From Nemertoderma westbladi (lineage: Eukaryota; Animalia; Xenacoelomorpha), in contig JAUCBJ010001237.1 in NCBI GenBank assembly GCA_032718475.1, positions 1 through 64,000 on the forward strand: a stretch of 64,000 nucleotides of DNA. Direction: 5' to 3'. A program made the translations under genes and the position numbers. Positions 12,801 through 21,636 of the stretch are shown here, one piece after another. The notes below the pieces were generated by a model. That model had not been told where the DNA came from and did no database searches. It saw nothing but the letters and a program-made list of their open reading frames with translations. How positions within the stretch are numbered: position 1 is the stretch's first letter; each line of letters begins with the position of its first letter.

Positions 12801-13927
12801 GCTTTCTTAGTACATACATGCAAGACCTCTGGCAACATTATAATCTCAATGATCAAGGGACCTATAAGCAATATAATGAGAAATATAGTAAACTGATTCT
12901 TCATCAATTCAAAAAAACTAATTATGGTATTCATATAAAATTACTCCAATTATACTTAAAATTAGGACTTCAAATAACACAGGTGCATAAAGTATACTCA
13001 TTCACTCAAAAATACATATTCAGAGACTATATCTCGTTTAATACATCCAAACGACAATCCGCCAAAAATGCTTTCGAAGTTTTATTTTATAAACTACTCA
13101 ACAACTCACTCTATGGGAAAAGTCTTCAGAAGGTACGAGACCGGCTATCATTCCGACTCTGCACATCCCCAGAACAGTGCGATCTACTATTATCAAAACC
13201 AAATCATGAGCGCTTCGTCTCATTCTCCCCCTATCTCAGTGGTCACACTTTTACTAAAGAAGTAGCAGTACTCAATCAAGCTGTATTTATTGGAGCAACC
13301 ATCTTAGATCTTTCAAAGCTAGAGATGTATGATTACTATTACTGTAAACTGAAACCTCTCGAAGAAAAGCTGAGATGTGAAATTCGAGCCTTAGCCGGAG
13401 ACACGGACAGTTTCTTTCTTTCGGTTACCGGTGTTGAGCACAAAATATTCCTAGAAGCCATGTTTAACTCCGGCTTTCTAGACACTTCAAATTACGACCC
13501 CTCACACCCACTCTTTACAAATCAAAACAAGGCTTCCTTAGGTTTTTTGAAAGATGAAAGTAGAGGTCTATTATACAAATCATTTGTATTTTTAAAACCG
13601 AAAATGTATTCATTCGAGGCATACGATGCGCAACCAAAGCGGACTTGCAAAGGAATTTCAAAAAATATTGTAGCCAAGCAATTAACACATAAACACTATT
13701 TAGACTGTTTTATCAACGAATCAACAGATTACACAAACAACACAATATTTACTTCTAGGGAGCATCAAATGTTTACGGGGAGAATAAAAAAAAAAACATT
13801 AAGTCTCTGGGATACAAAATCATTCTGGATGACGAAATATTACAGTAGACCATATGGCCACTATATTACGGGGTTAACTAAACCAACAAAAAAAACTGTA
13901 ATACCACCTTATTTAGTTGCAGAATAA
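9866..13927 (+). CDS. Protein-primed family B DNA polymerase with N-terminal zinc fingers, vOTU-like region and an endonuclease VII-like insertion
   Basis: Exonuclease motifs YADIES and HNLRHYDSH; polymerase motifs LDANNLYG, KLLNNSLYGK, DTDS, KMY; CDHNHLTGAYRGAACVSCN insertion. Confidence 0.97.
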   Translation: MPMSPKFVDCPVCNKNMRSDNLNKHLASHFKQYSCDCCGTWSSDKKTMVSHLALCTQGGTGFRFINEENTCKCGESFTLSAFKEHDCYTRLFSRKRKQSQTPLSPPPPPPPPNIQSPGVGPSTSRQQTGGSTNNPFLPSVNSSSHNRLFTYTNTLLTPQLDVELTLRENESYIWDRVSQHFNNEFNFIKVWLTISILMERETSEDTQLETFCFKSNASNNQITSNSDFENWFSQTIERIDELIAVFVCMGSGWNIVSIKEINLQISTFNRNPYFKGHGGGYIPKILAKKKCIINLDCPIGECFKYAVVAAACYKKIERKKQNISRLSTYTPYMTMFDFSTMSFPVDRVVGIPRFLETNPLYCINLLFWSTDNTLSILSQPDSEHCFQKTVLNLMFIEGNQNNPGHYCAIVNLNRLIKKQGQKNKSICERCLRAFYTINSLQTHRELCYSSKRQLEQMPTPDKLKIKFNRLDKTLSPPFCIYADIESVLEPTSNPKLVQKHIASAAAFYTVPNRELINPPQTSLQMFRDTGTNHVIDDFLTALESHCRELYEWTISGTNTNVPKHLTRAQQQNFDNATNCYTCNCSLTPDSHGLNLAENLNTKVCDHNHLTGAYRGAACVSCNRKLSLKRNKFYVVLHNLRHYDSHLILKEGLKNSSRTHWKINVIPKNTETYISIEISFPIDKTMQTANAKESIVINLLDSLQFMTASLDKLSSYLTANNSDLTKAIPHTLKQMKNLYPNISDSTIKNKGIFPYSYIQSLSNLYETQLPPIESFYNDLQLEDCSEHNYQRAQTSWVELQCQNIFDYMMGYLALDVTLLADTFQQFRELCFSNYGLDPLHYYTSPGLTYDAALKFTNSEIELLSDGTIYADFENNIRGGLVFLNTHLEEANIPGKPEYNPCKPEKYLIPLDANNLYGSALSQKLPCSNMKIVDTPIDLATVDATGSVGYYCIVDLEYPREIHDETADLPLGAEKMSIPKSFLSTYMQDLWQHYNLNDQGTYKQYNEKYSKLILHQFKKTNYGIHIKLLQLYLKLGLQITQVHKVYSFTQKYIFRDYISFNTSKRQSAKNAFEVLFYKLLNNSLYGKSLQKVRDRLSFRLCTSPEQCDLLLSKPNHERFVSFSPYLSGHTFTKEVAVLNQAVFIGATILDLSKLEMYDYYYCKLKPLEEKLRCEIRALAGDTDSFFLSVTGVEHKIFLEAMFNSGFLDTSNYDPSHPLFTNQNKASLGFLKDESRGLLYKSFVFLKPKMYSFEAYDAQPKRTCKGISKNIVAKQLTHKHYLDCFINESTDYTNNTIFTSREHQMFTGRIKKKTLSLWDTKSFWMTKYYSRPYGHYITGLTKPTKKTVIPPYLVAE

Positions 13928-13928
13928 A

Positions 13929-14453
13929 ATGCCATACAAAGCAAGCAGCGGATCAATACCAATTCAAATAATCAATCGCCAATATACAGCTCAAACTGAA
14001 TTTCCAATTGATATAATCAAAGTTTCTCAACAACTAAAAGGTGAGATGCGGCAAAAACCAAAAATGTTTGTGTATAAGACTGGATCTGCGACAATTATGC
14101 TATTCCCAACTGGTTCAATAACAATAGTGGGTCCATGTAAAAATATTTGTAATGATTTACTTTATCTGAAACAATGTACCAACATACTAATTAAGAAAAT
14201 TAAATTAAATACAGTGACCAGACTAATTAAGTTACCATCTCTTAATTTTAAATCATTAAGTAAAAAGTGTGGACATCATTTTGTAAACAATGTAAAGGTA
14301 TATATTGATTTTACGCCGGAGCTCTTTTGTGGAATTCGATTGTATATTGGGCGATGTTATTTCAGTGTCTTTCACTCGATGAAAGTTATAAGTATGTGTC
14401 CTGTTGGTGATTTTGAAGAAGCTCTCATTATATTATTTAGTTTATTGAATTAA
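13929..14453 (+). CDS. Divergent TATA-binding-protein-like protein (174 aa)
   Basis: Two-repeat pattern. ATIMLFPTGSITIVG resembles TBP TALIFSSGKMVCTG; FTPELFCGIRL…FSVFHSMKVI resembles YEPELFPGLIY…LIFVSGKVV. ATG lies 1 nt after the pPolB stop. Confidence 0.75.
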   Translation: MPYKASSGSIPIQIINRQYTAQTEFPIDIIKVSQQLKGEMRQKPKMFVYKTGSATIMLFPTGSITIVGPCKNICNDLLYLKQCTNILIKKIKLNTVTRLIKLPSLNFKSLSKKCGHHFVNNVKVYIDFTPELFCGIRLYIGRCYFSVFHSMKVISMCPVGDFEEALIILFSLLN

Positions 14454-14461
14454 TAAGTAAA

Positions 14462-14650
14462 ATTATCTCTCAATATACTACATGTCATTATACTGTATGT
14501 GCGGTTTTATATATTTATGTGATTATATTATCTCTCAATATACTACATGTCATTATACTGTATGTGCGGTTTTATATATTTATGTGATTATATTATCTCT
14601 CAATATACTACATGTCATTATACTGTATGTGCGGTTTTATATATTTATGT
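14462..14650. repeat. Three copies of a 65-bp direct repeat inside the Polinton
   Basis: ATTATCTCTCAATATACTACATG… starts at 14462, 14527 and 14592. Confidence 0.95.
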
Positions 14651-14957
14651 AAAAAATATATTGAATTATATTATTAATAACATCTTACCTTGAGAACAAG
14701 TAATGGGGACCCACCTCTCCTCACCAAACCCCTCCCGAAAAAGTCCGTAAGGCCAAGGTTTACTGCGCTTGTTCTCCATTGAGTGATTAGTTGTTAAACT
14801 GGTGAATTCATTATATAAATTTAAATATTTACTAAAGCCGCTAGATGGCATGCATTTGTGACACGAACATTAATTTCATATTATACTGTATAAACGTTAA
14901 AATTCAATTATTATTTTAATAAATATAATAATAATTGTGTTATAAAAGGAAAACACG

Positions 14958-15584
14958 ATGGATATAGTAGATATGCGGTTTCGTTTTGGAAGTACAATAT
15001 TAATAGCCGGTCCTAGTGGTAGTGGAAAAACTTCTTTCTTGGAGAAAATGTTATTAAATAGGAAATTGATCTTTAACGAAACTCCAAACAGTATTACTTG
15101 GTTTTATGGACAGACGAAACCAATAATTAAAGGGGTTAATATTACCGCTTTAAATGAAATTCCAGAACACTTTAATGAAAATGTGAAAAACCATTCTATC
15201 ATTATAATCGACGATTTGATGACAGAACTACAAAATTCCAAACAAGCGACTACGCTATTTACTAAAGTAGCTCGACATACAAATTCATTGGTAATTTTTC
15301 TCACTCAAAACCTTTATCAAAAAGGAGGAGAATCTAGGACCCGATCCATTAATTCCACTTATTTCTTATTGTTCAAAAATCCGAGGGATCAGACACAGAT
15401 AAGAACTTTAGCCTATCAGATGAAACCAAATACACCCAAATTCTTAATCGCGGCATTTCAAGACGCAACAAAGGTTCCCTTTAACCCACTTCTTATTGAT
15501 TTTCATCAATTAACGAATGATAGCCTACGCATACGTGGTTATTTATTTACAAATGAACATTGTGTTTATCAACCCGTGTCGTAA
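14958..15584 (+). CDS. A32-like genome packaging ATPase
   Basis: Walker A GPSGSGKT, Walker B IIIIDD, ARH, LTQN and FKNPRD motifs. Confidence 0.95.
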   Translation: MDIVDMRFRFGSTILIAGPSGSGKTSFLEKMLLNRKLIFNETPNSITWFYGQTKPIIKGVNITALNEIPEHFNENVKNHSIIIIDDLMTELQNSKQATTLFTKVARHTNSLVIFLTQNLYQKGGESRTRSINSTYFLLFKNPRDQTQIRTLAYQMKPNTPKFLIAAFQDATKVPFNPLLIDFHQLTNDSLRIRGYLFTNEHCVYQPVS

Positions 15585-15597
15585 TATACGTAGAAGA

Positions 15598-15735
15598 ATG
15601 CTTCTATTAGCAATTGTCTGTTATTTAGTTATATTATACTTATTTGTGGTTTATCATCGACAAAGGTTTCTTAAATTTCTTAATAGTATAGAACAAGTAT
15701 GGAACTTAATATACGAAAGTATAGGAAAGAACTAG
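15598..15735 (+). CDS. Small putative membrane protein (45 aa)
   Basis: Hydrophobic N-terminus MLLLAIVCYLVILYLFVV; fills the gap between the ATPase and the next gene. Confidence 0.45.
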   Translation: MLLLAIVCYLVILYLFVVYHRQRFLKFLNSIEQVWNLIYESIGKN

Positions 15736-16040
15736 AATTTTTGAAAAATAGCAACGCATTAGCGCGAGGGGCATTTATTCGAAAAAAGGCTAGTAGCGAA
15801 TTAATACGACTTCTCGTTAATATTACACTGAATACGCTCTATGGGAATATAAATATTGATGGAAAGATTGTTAAAAAATTGAAGCCTTATAAGAAATATA
15901 TGAGACGATTGAAATCGAAAAATTCAGTTTCACTTCAAAGACGTTCTCTCTCTCAGGCTGGGGGGTTCCTTCCACTTATTTTGCCACTGTTGATAGGCGC
16001 CACAAACATTGCCACAACTGTTGCCACAGCGTTAACATAG
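15699..16040 (+). CDS. Basic virion core-like protein with protease site and hydrophobic tail
   Basis: K/R-rich body followed by QAGG|FLPLILPLL, the adenovirus pX-like motif common in Polintons. Confidence 0.8.
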   Translation: MELNIRKYRKELEFLKNSNALARGAFIRKKASSELIRLLVNITLNTLYGNINIDGKIVKKLKPYKKYMRRLKSKNSVSLQRRSLSQAGGFLPLILPLLIGATNIATTVATALT

Positions 16041-16042
16041 CC

Positions 16043-16225
16043 ATGTCATTCAAGAAACTATATTTAATAACCCCCGAACAACATGCTAGGTTGCAACCAA
16101 CACAGTTGAAAACTAAACCTTTAATTAAAGAAACAAAGAAAAAAGGTCAAAATAAACGGACAATAAACGATAGAAGAAAAGTGTTGAAACTGTTTGATTA
16201 TACGCGCCGCAAATCGCGAAAATAA
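16043..16225 (+). CDS. Small basic protein
   Basis: Tightly packed with neighbours, GCCATG start context, lysine-rich. Confidence 0.5.
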   Translation: MSFKKLYLITPEQHARLQPTQLKTKPLIKETKKKGQNKRTINDRRKVLKLFDYTRRKSRK

Positions 16226-16294
16226 TGTCTTGGTTAAAAAAACTTTCAATAACTTGCAATTTTCGTTGTCTGTGCAATTCTAGCAGTGTTACCT

Positions 16295-17365
16295 ATGGCT
16301 ATGATCAACAAGATGGTAGAAAAACGCTTAGCCAAAGCTTACTACAATCCTTCAAGTGTTGCAGGGTTTTCCACTGTAGGAAAGCTAGCAAAAGAGACGG
16401 GAGTCAATCCAAAACTCGTGAAAAGATGGCTTCAAAGTCAGCCGACCTTCACATTGCATGCCCCAGCGAGGCGTCTGTTTCCCACAAGCCGAATGTATTT
16501 TTATGGAATTAGTGACACCATTCAGGCAGATTTAATAGATATGCAAAAATATCGTGCAACAAACTCAGGTTATGGATATATTCTAACCGCAATCAACTGT
16601 TTTAGTAAGAAGGGGTGGGCATTACCATTGAAACGGAAGACTGGTATTGAAATTAAACATGCACTACAGTCTATTTTTACTGAAGAAGTACCACGTAATT
16701 TATGTACAGATCAAGGGTTGGAATTCGACAATAAAGTTGTACTCAATTACTTGAAAATGAAAAAAGTTAAATATTATACAACACGATCGCAGTTCAAAGC
16801 AGCCATTTGCGAAAGGTATAATAGAACGATAAAGACAAAGATGTATAAAATTTTTAGTAGAAGAGGTAACCATAAGTGGCTTGCTATTCTACCAAAAATT
16901 GTATACTCTTATAATAATTCTATACATAGATCTATTGGAATGCCCCCAATTCAAGTCAATAAGTCGAATGAAGATAACGTGAGAAGAAACCTCTATGGAA
17001 ATTTAGCTAAAATCATTGTAACAAAACCCAAATTGAGAATAGGTGACAATGTGCGACTTAATATAGCTAAAACGGCGTTTGAAAAAGGTTATACAAAAAA
17101 TTGGACCGGTGAGGTGTTTACTGTAAAACGTATAAGACTAGATCGTTTTCCTCAGCCTATGTATCATATAATAGATTCAGTTGATAGAGAAATAGAAGGA
17201 ACATTTTACCCTCACGAATTGCAAAAGGTTACACAAACAACTGATATTCACCCAATCGAGTCCATTTTGAAGTCTCGAATAAAAAACGGTCGGAAGGAAT
17301 TCCTTGTAAAATTTAAAAACTATAAACGGAACTCTTGGTTGAGCGAATCCCAACTACGTAAATAA
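16295..17365 (+). CDS. Retroviral-like DDE integrase with C-terminal chromodomain
   Basis: QADLIDM, TDQGLEF, ERYNRTIK; chromo-like IESILKSR…EFLVKFKNY…SW. Confidence 0.96.
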   Translation: MAMINKMVEKRLAKAYYNPSSVAGFSTVGKLAKETGVNPKLVKRWLQSQPTFTLHAPARRLFPTSRMYFYGISDTIQADLIDMQKYRATNSGYGYILTAINCFSKKGWALPLKRKTGIEIKHALQSIFTEEVPRNLCTDQGLEFDNKVVLNYLKMKKVKYYTTRSQFKAAICERYNRTIKTKMYKIFSRRGNHKWLAILPKIVYSYNNSIHRSIGMPPIQVNKSNEDNVRRNLYGNLAKIIVTKPKLRIGDNVRLNIAKTAFEKGYTKNWTGEVFTVKRIRLDRFPQPMYHIIDSVDREIEGTFYPHELQKVTQTTDIHPIESILKSRIKNGRKEFLVKFKNYKRNSWLSESQLRK

Positions 17366-17375
17366 ATCAACAAAA

Positions 17376-18203
17376 ATGAATAACTATATAACTTTATTCT
17401 CAAATGGACCTACAAACAAATTTCCTGATAACACCCTTTCGAAATTTACGGTTGATCTACCCTATACAATCAATCTCAGTGGTGATGTAGAAGTGGGACT
17501 ATCTGAAATTCAATACTGTTCCTCATTCTATAATATACGTCAACAATCTCTGTTTACAATTTATTATGGAGATAGGTCATCGCAAGTTGTTATATTTGAA
17601 CCAGGACTATATACGAGTGTAGAAGCCATTATTAATAAAATCAATCAACAAATTGATCACCCGAAGTGGCCCCAAATTCAATATTTCAAATACTCAAATA
17701 AAATCGAGCTCGCTACTTCGCAACACTTTTCTTTTGAAATTACTGGAGATTTGATTACAATACTCGGTTTTGAGGAGTTTACGCAGGATTATGATCCGAG
17801 GGATGTACCTTATCTAGCTAATTGGTATGATTATTGGAGTGTAAATGTTAGTGAATTTGGTTCTTTAACATTCAAACAGCAACCGGGACAGCGTGCTCAA
17901 TTTAGGGGGATTTGTCCCTTTTCTTGCGATTTAGTCTTGGGGCGACATAATTTGTTTATCTATAGTGACATTACTTCTCATGTGACTGTAGGAAATACGA
18001 CGGCACCGTTATTACGCACGGTACCTCTCGAACTTGAGCATAATAAAGTTATAACACGCGAATTTAAAAAAATTTATTACAGACCAGTTGCTAGAACAGT
18101 TGTTAATCAGATAAATATTGAATTACGCAACGAAAAAGGAGAACTAATATTATTTAATGAAGGTGCAACAATAATTACCCTACACTTAAAAAGTAAGTCA
18201 TAA
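17376..18203 (+). CDS. Minor capsid (penton) protein 1
   Basis: YITLFSN…FPDNTLSKFTV, EVGLSEI, FIYSDI…VGNTTAPLLR, IELRNEKGE motifs typical of Polinton minor capsid proteins. Confidence 0.88.
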   Translation: MNNYITLFSNGPTNKFPDNTLSKFTVDLPYTINLSGDVEVGLSEIQYCSSFYNIRQQSLFTIYYGDRSSQVVIFEPGLYTSVEAIINKINQQIDHPKWPQIQYFKYSNKIELATSQHFSFEITGDLITILGFEEFTQDYDPRDVPYLANWYDYWSVNVSEFGSLTFKQQPGQRAQFRGICPFSCDLVLGRHNLFIYSDITSHVTVGNTTAPLLRTVPLELEHNKVITREFKKIYYRPVARTVVNQINIELRNEKGELILFNEGATIITLHLKSKS

Positions 18204-18997
18204 TGGAGAAAATATTATATTTACCCTCGAATTCTTCACCTAAACGATTTCCATTAAATCAACCTTCCAACTTTAATGTGGAACTATCTGAACCATTGCG
18301 TTTTAGTGGAAAGTGGATGGTGGGTTTGTCAGAATTTGTTTACCTCTCCTCGGTTCATAATTTAGAAGATACATTCATTTATATTCGGAGTTTACAAGGA
18401 ACTAAAAGAAAATATATAATACCATCTGGTTGCTATACTAATGTGGAGGCGTTGCTTACACAGCTAAATATAGATGGTCTCAATTCCCATTTAGAAATAA
18501 GACAAAATGAGCTTTATGACAACATTAGTATTCAGTTTATCGACGAAAGTAAAGTTGTTCGTTTTTATGGAAATAAGTTGATTGAGTTACTTGGATTGCG
18601 GGGATTAGAAAATGAGTGTTATGTTAATAAAAATAAATTTCTTGTTAGCCTAAAAAATGATTATCTACAAATAACGCGAAGGGGGGAAATAGAGGGTGAT
18701 TCTGATATATTACATATTCAAAAAGCAGCAAATGTTTTTATGGGAAACATTAGTATATTTTCAAATATTTGCGGAAATGAGATTGTTGGAAATCAACTGA
18801 AACCCCTCTTAAGATCTATTCCTTATCAAGGAGATTATGGTAAGCTTGTTCATCATGAATTCACAAATATTAATTATAAATCCATTGATATGCAAAATAT
18901 AGAAACAATAAATATACAGTTAAAAAATGATCGAGATGAATTCATAAAGTTTAATAATGGTACTGTAATTGCGACATTAATTTTGAAACGCCAATAA
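18203..18997 (+). CDS. Minor capsid (penton) protein 2, a diverged paralog
   Basis: Same motif series: LPSNSS…FPLN, VGLSEF, VGNQLKPLLR, IQLKNDRDE. TAATG stop/start overlap with penton 1. Confidence 0.85.
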   Translation: MEKILYLPSNSSPKRFPLNQPSNFNVELSEPLRFSGKWMVGLSEFVYLSSVHNLEDTFIYIRSLQGTKRKYIIPSGCYTNVEALLTQLNIDGLNSHLEIRQNELYDNISIQFIDESKVVRFYGNKLIELLGLRGLENECYVNKNKFLVSLKNDYLQITRRGEIEGDSDILHIQKAANVFMGNISIFSNICGNEIVGNQLKPLLRSIPYQGDYGKLVHHEFTNINYKSIDMQNIETINIQLKNDRDEFIKFNNGTVIATLILKRQ

Positions 18998-19028
18998 ACG
19001 ATAAATAAGGAAATATATTTAGGAAGCA

Positions 19029-19637
19029 ATGAGTTATAAAGATTATTATCAAAGGAGTTTGTAGAAAACATTACAGAGAACACTTTATAAGGTTATTCGC
19101 GGTGGTGTTAAAAATAAACAGACTGGGAGGATGAAGGGTCTCAGCTCAGAAATGGTTACACCTCCTTCCATAATGAGGCAACGATTACAATTATTAGAAT
19201 GGAAACGAAAGGCGGGGGGAGGACTACCTTATTTTGAGGGGGGATATAGACATCGACACATGAACAGTCGCACAGTTTTTGTGAGACACGGTCAACGAGG
19301 TAAAGGTATCCTTGGAAATATTATTCGGATTGCAACTAAAGTAGTGCCCAAAGTTATTAAGCCCGTCGCGCGAGCAGCAATTCGCAAAAGTGCTCCTTTT
19401 GTAAAAAAGACAGGGAGAAAAATTGTCAAACGAGTAATTCGTCGGGGAATTCCACAACTTAAAAAGATTGGAAAGAAATTAGCAGAACAGGCTCTCGCCA
19501 GCTCAAAACCTTCCACTAAACGAGTAGCTCATAAAATTATTGAAGAAGTTTTAAACGCAGCTGATGGGAGGTCAATAAACGAAACTCGCAAAAAACGCAA
19601 ATCAAAAAAGCATCACTGTCCAGATATTTTTGGTTAA
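19029..19637 (+). CDS. Basic core protein (protein VII-like) with an in-frame TAG at codon 12; the tracked ORF 19131-19637 is the downstream part
   Basis: MSYKDYYQR is in frame with AGGGLPYFEG…QRGKGILG and an R/K-rich body; TAG at 19062-19064. Confidence 0.7.
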
Positions 19638-19663
19638 ACTAAATAATAACACTGGAAGAAACC

Positions 19664-20902
19664 ATGGAAGAACTAAATTTATTTAATCACAGTGATGTTC
19701 AGAGTGTAATTGAAGAAAGTTTTGAGCAGGAAATATACCCTGTGACTACATTGGGAGAGGGCACATCAGTTATAGATTTCATGATTGAAAAGTCAGAAGA
19801 TTACTATACGATAGGAAGTGAAACAACACTACAATTAGTATATCGTGTTGTAACAACAATACGACCTGACAATGGCGCAGTTTATCAAACACCACTAAGC
19901 CTCTCTACTCTATTTTCAAACATTAGTGTTTTGATTAATGAGCGGGAGGTAGAGTCTAATACTGCCAACTATCCCTATAAAGCTTTCCTAAAAGCGGTCT
20001 TACTTAATGATCAGAGTACAAAAGAAACGATTTTAGCTGCCGAAGGGTTTGCAGAACAAGAAGCGTTTGGTGTTCCTGTAGACTTTGCTGCAGCTGCTCA
20101 TTTGGAAAGTAGACCATATTATGTTCAGGGGTCTCTATTTGTTGACCTTTTTGAACAGGTTAAATTTATCCCACCCAAAACTAGTATAAGAATTAGATTA
20201 ACAAGAGCAACAAATGCATTTAACTTAGTATGTATTGCAGCCGTACAAGAGCCTCGAATCAATATATCTAATGCTTTGCTGAAAATTAAACGAGTAAAAT
20301 TGGATCCATATACACGTCAACAACATATAGAACAATTAAAAATAGGAGATTATATTTATCCAATTATGCAGAATGAGGTAACAACCTTTACTATAGCAAA
20401 TGGTCAACAATCTCATGTGAGGGAAAATTTGTTTACAAGCAAGAATGTACCTCGCTTTGTTAATATTGTCATGGTTCGAAATGATTCTTACAATGGAAAC
20501 TTAAGATCTAATTCACTATTGTTTGATCACTTTAATGTGAATTACTTACAACTTACGTTGGATGGTAAGGTAATTGGAGGTGTGACATATAAACCAAATT
20601 TTGCTAATGGACAATATATTAATGAGTATTGCGCCAGTCAAAAAAACCTTCTATCTATAACCAGAGGTACAAACAACGGCATTACTCCCACTAGATTTCG
20701 TGATTTATATCCAATATTTTCTTGGAATTTATCCCCCACGGGATTTATTGATGAAGACGAACGAAACCCACATCAAATAGGCAATGCTAGATTAGAGATT
20801 GCTTTCTCAGCTCCTTTACAAAATACAATTAACGTAATTATGTGGGTGGGATATGATAGAACTGTGAATATCAGCAATGTTGGATCCGTAACTATTTTCT
20901 AG
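19664..20902 (+). CDS. Double jelly-roll major capsid protein
   Basis: ELNLF…Q…IE…YP…IDF N-terminus, YPYKAF, F.HFNV, GNARLEIAF; 412 aa, directly before the protease. Confidence 0.9.
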   Translation: MEELNLFNHSDVQSVIEESFEQEIYPVTTLGEGTSVIDFMIEKSEDYYTIGSETTLQLVYRVVTTIRPDNGAVYQTPLSLSTLFSNISVLINEREVESNTANYPYKAFLKAVLLNDQSTKETILAAEGFAEQEAFGVPVDFAAAAHLESRPYYVQGSLFVDLFEQVKFIPPKTSIRIRLTRATNAFNLVCIAAVQEPRINISNALLKIKRVKLDPYTRQQHIEQLKIGDYIYPIMQNEVTTFTIANGQQSHVRENLFTSKNVPRFVNIVMVRNDSYNGNLRSNSLLFDHFNVNYLQLTLDGKVIGGVTYKPNFANGQYINEYCASQKNLLSITRGTNNGITPTRFRDLYPIFSWNLSPTGFIDEDERNPHQIGNARLEIAFSAPLQNTINVIMWVGYDRTVNISNVGSVTIF

Positions 20903-20912
20903 AAAGAAAAAC

Positions 20913-21341
20913 ATGTTGAACTCATATGATTTGAATAATTTCCCAATAGGAGAACATTATCGTGGTTCTTTCGCCATTGATCAATTACCAGCGAAGGATG
21001 GCTCTAAAATGAGCTTCATTTCAAATACTCAAGCCGCTCATTTACCTGGTATGCATTGGGTGGCTGTTTTTATGAATGAAAATATAGGTGAATACTTTGA
21101 TTCATTTGGAGTGTTCCCCCCGGCTCGTATAGAAGACTGGTTGTTGCGTAATACAATAAAATGGTCAAGGACACGAAAAGTGGTTCAACACCCTCTAAGG
21201 ACGAGTTGTGGGGGATACTGTTTATATTACTTATCTGAACGATCAAAAACTGACACGCCTCTACGCAAGTTTGGAACAGACTTGAAACAAAATGAAAAGA
21301 TACTTGCATGTTGGTTGCGGAACAAAGCCATAATGAATTGA
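20913..21341 (+). CDS. Adenain-like cysteine maturation protease
   Basis: Catalytic motifs HWVAV, YFDS, Q…CGGYC. Confidence 0.95.
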   Translation: MLNSYDLNNFPIGEHYRGSFAIDQLPAKDGSKMSFISNTQAAHLPGMHWVAVFMNENIGEYFDSFGVFPPARIEDWLLRNTIKWSRTRKVVQHPLRTSCGGYCLYYLSERSKTDTPLRKFGTDLKQNEKILACWLRNKAIMN

Positions 21342-21636
21342 TATTATTAATTGTGTTACAATGTGTTATATCTTATGTGTTACAATGTGTTATATCTTAA
21401 ATGTTACTCTGCTATATGTATATGTGTTATGTTATAAATATAATTTCAATGTTGCTATATTAAAAATAAGAAAATAGTCGACTATATTTCATTTTTCTTT
21501 TTCAACTTTGGATAAATAATATAAGGGTTAAACAAAGAACATCAAAACAGTTAAACAGCTACATTTAACATTTAGACAGTAAACAGTAACAGTAAACATT
21601 TACATGACCAGTTACAATAGACAAGTAACATAAAGT

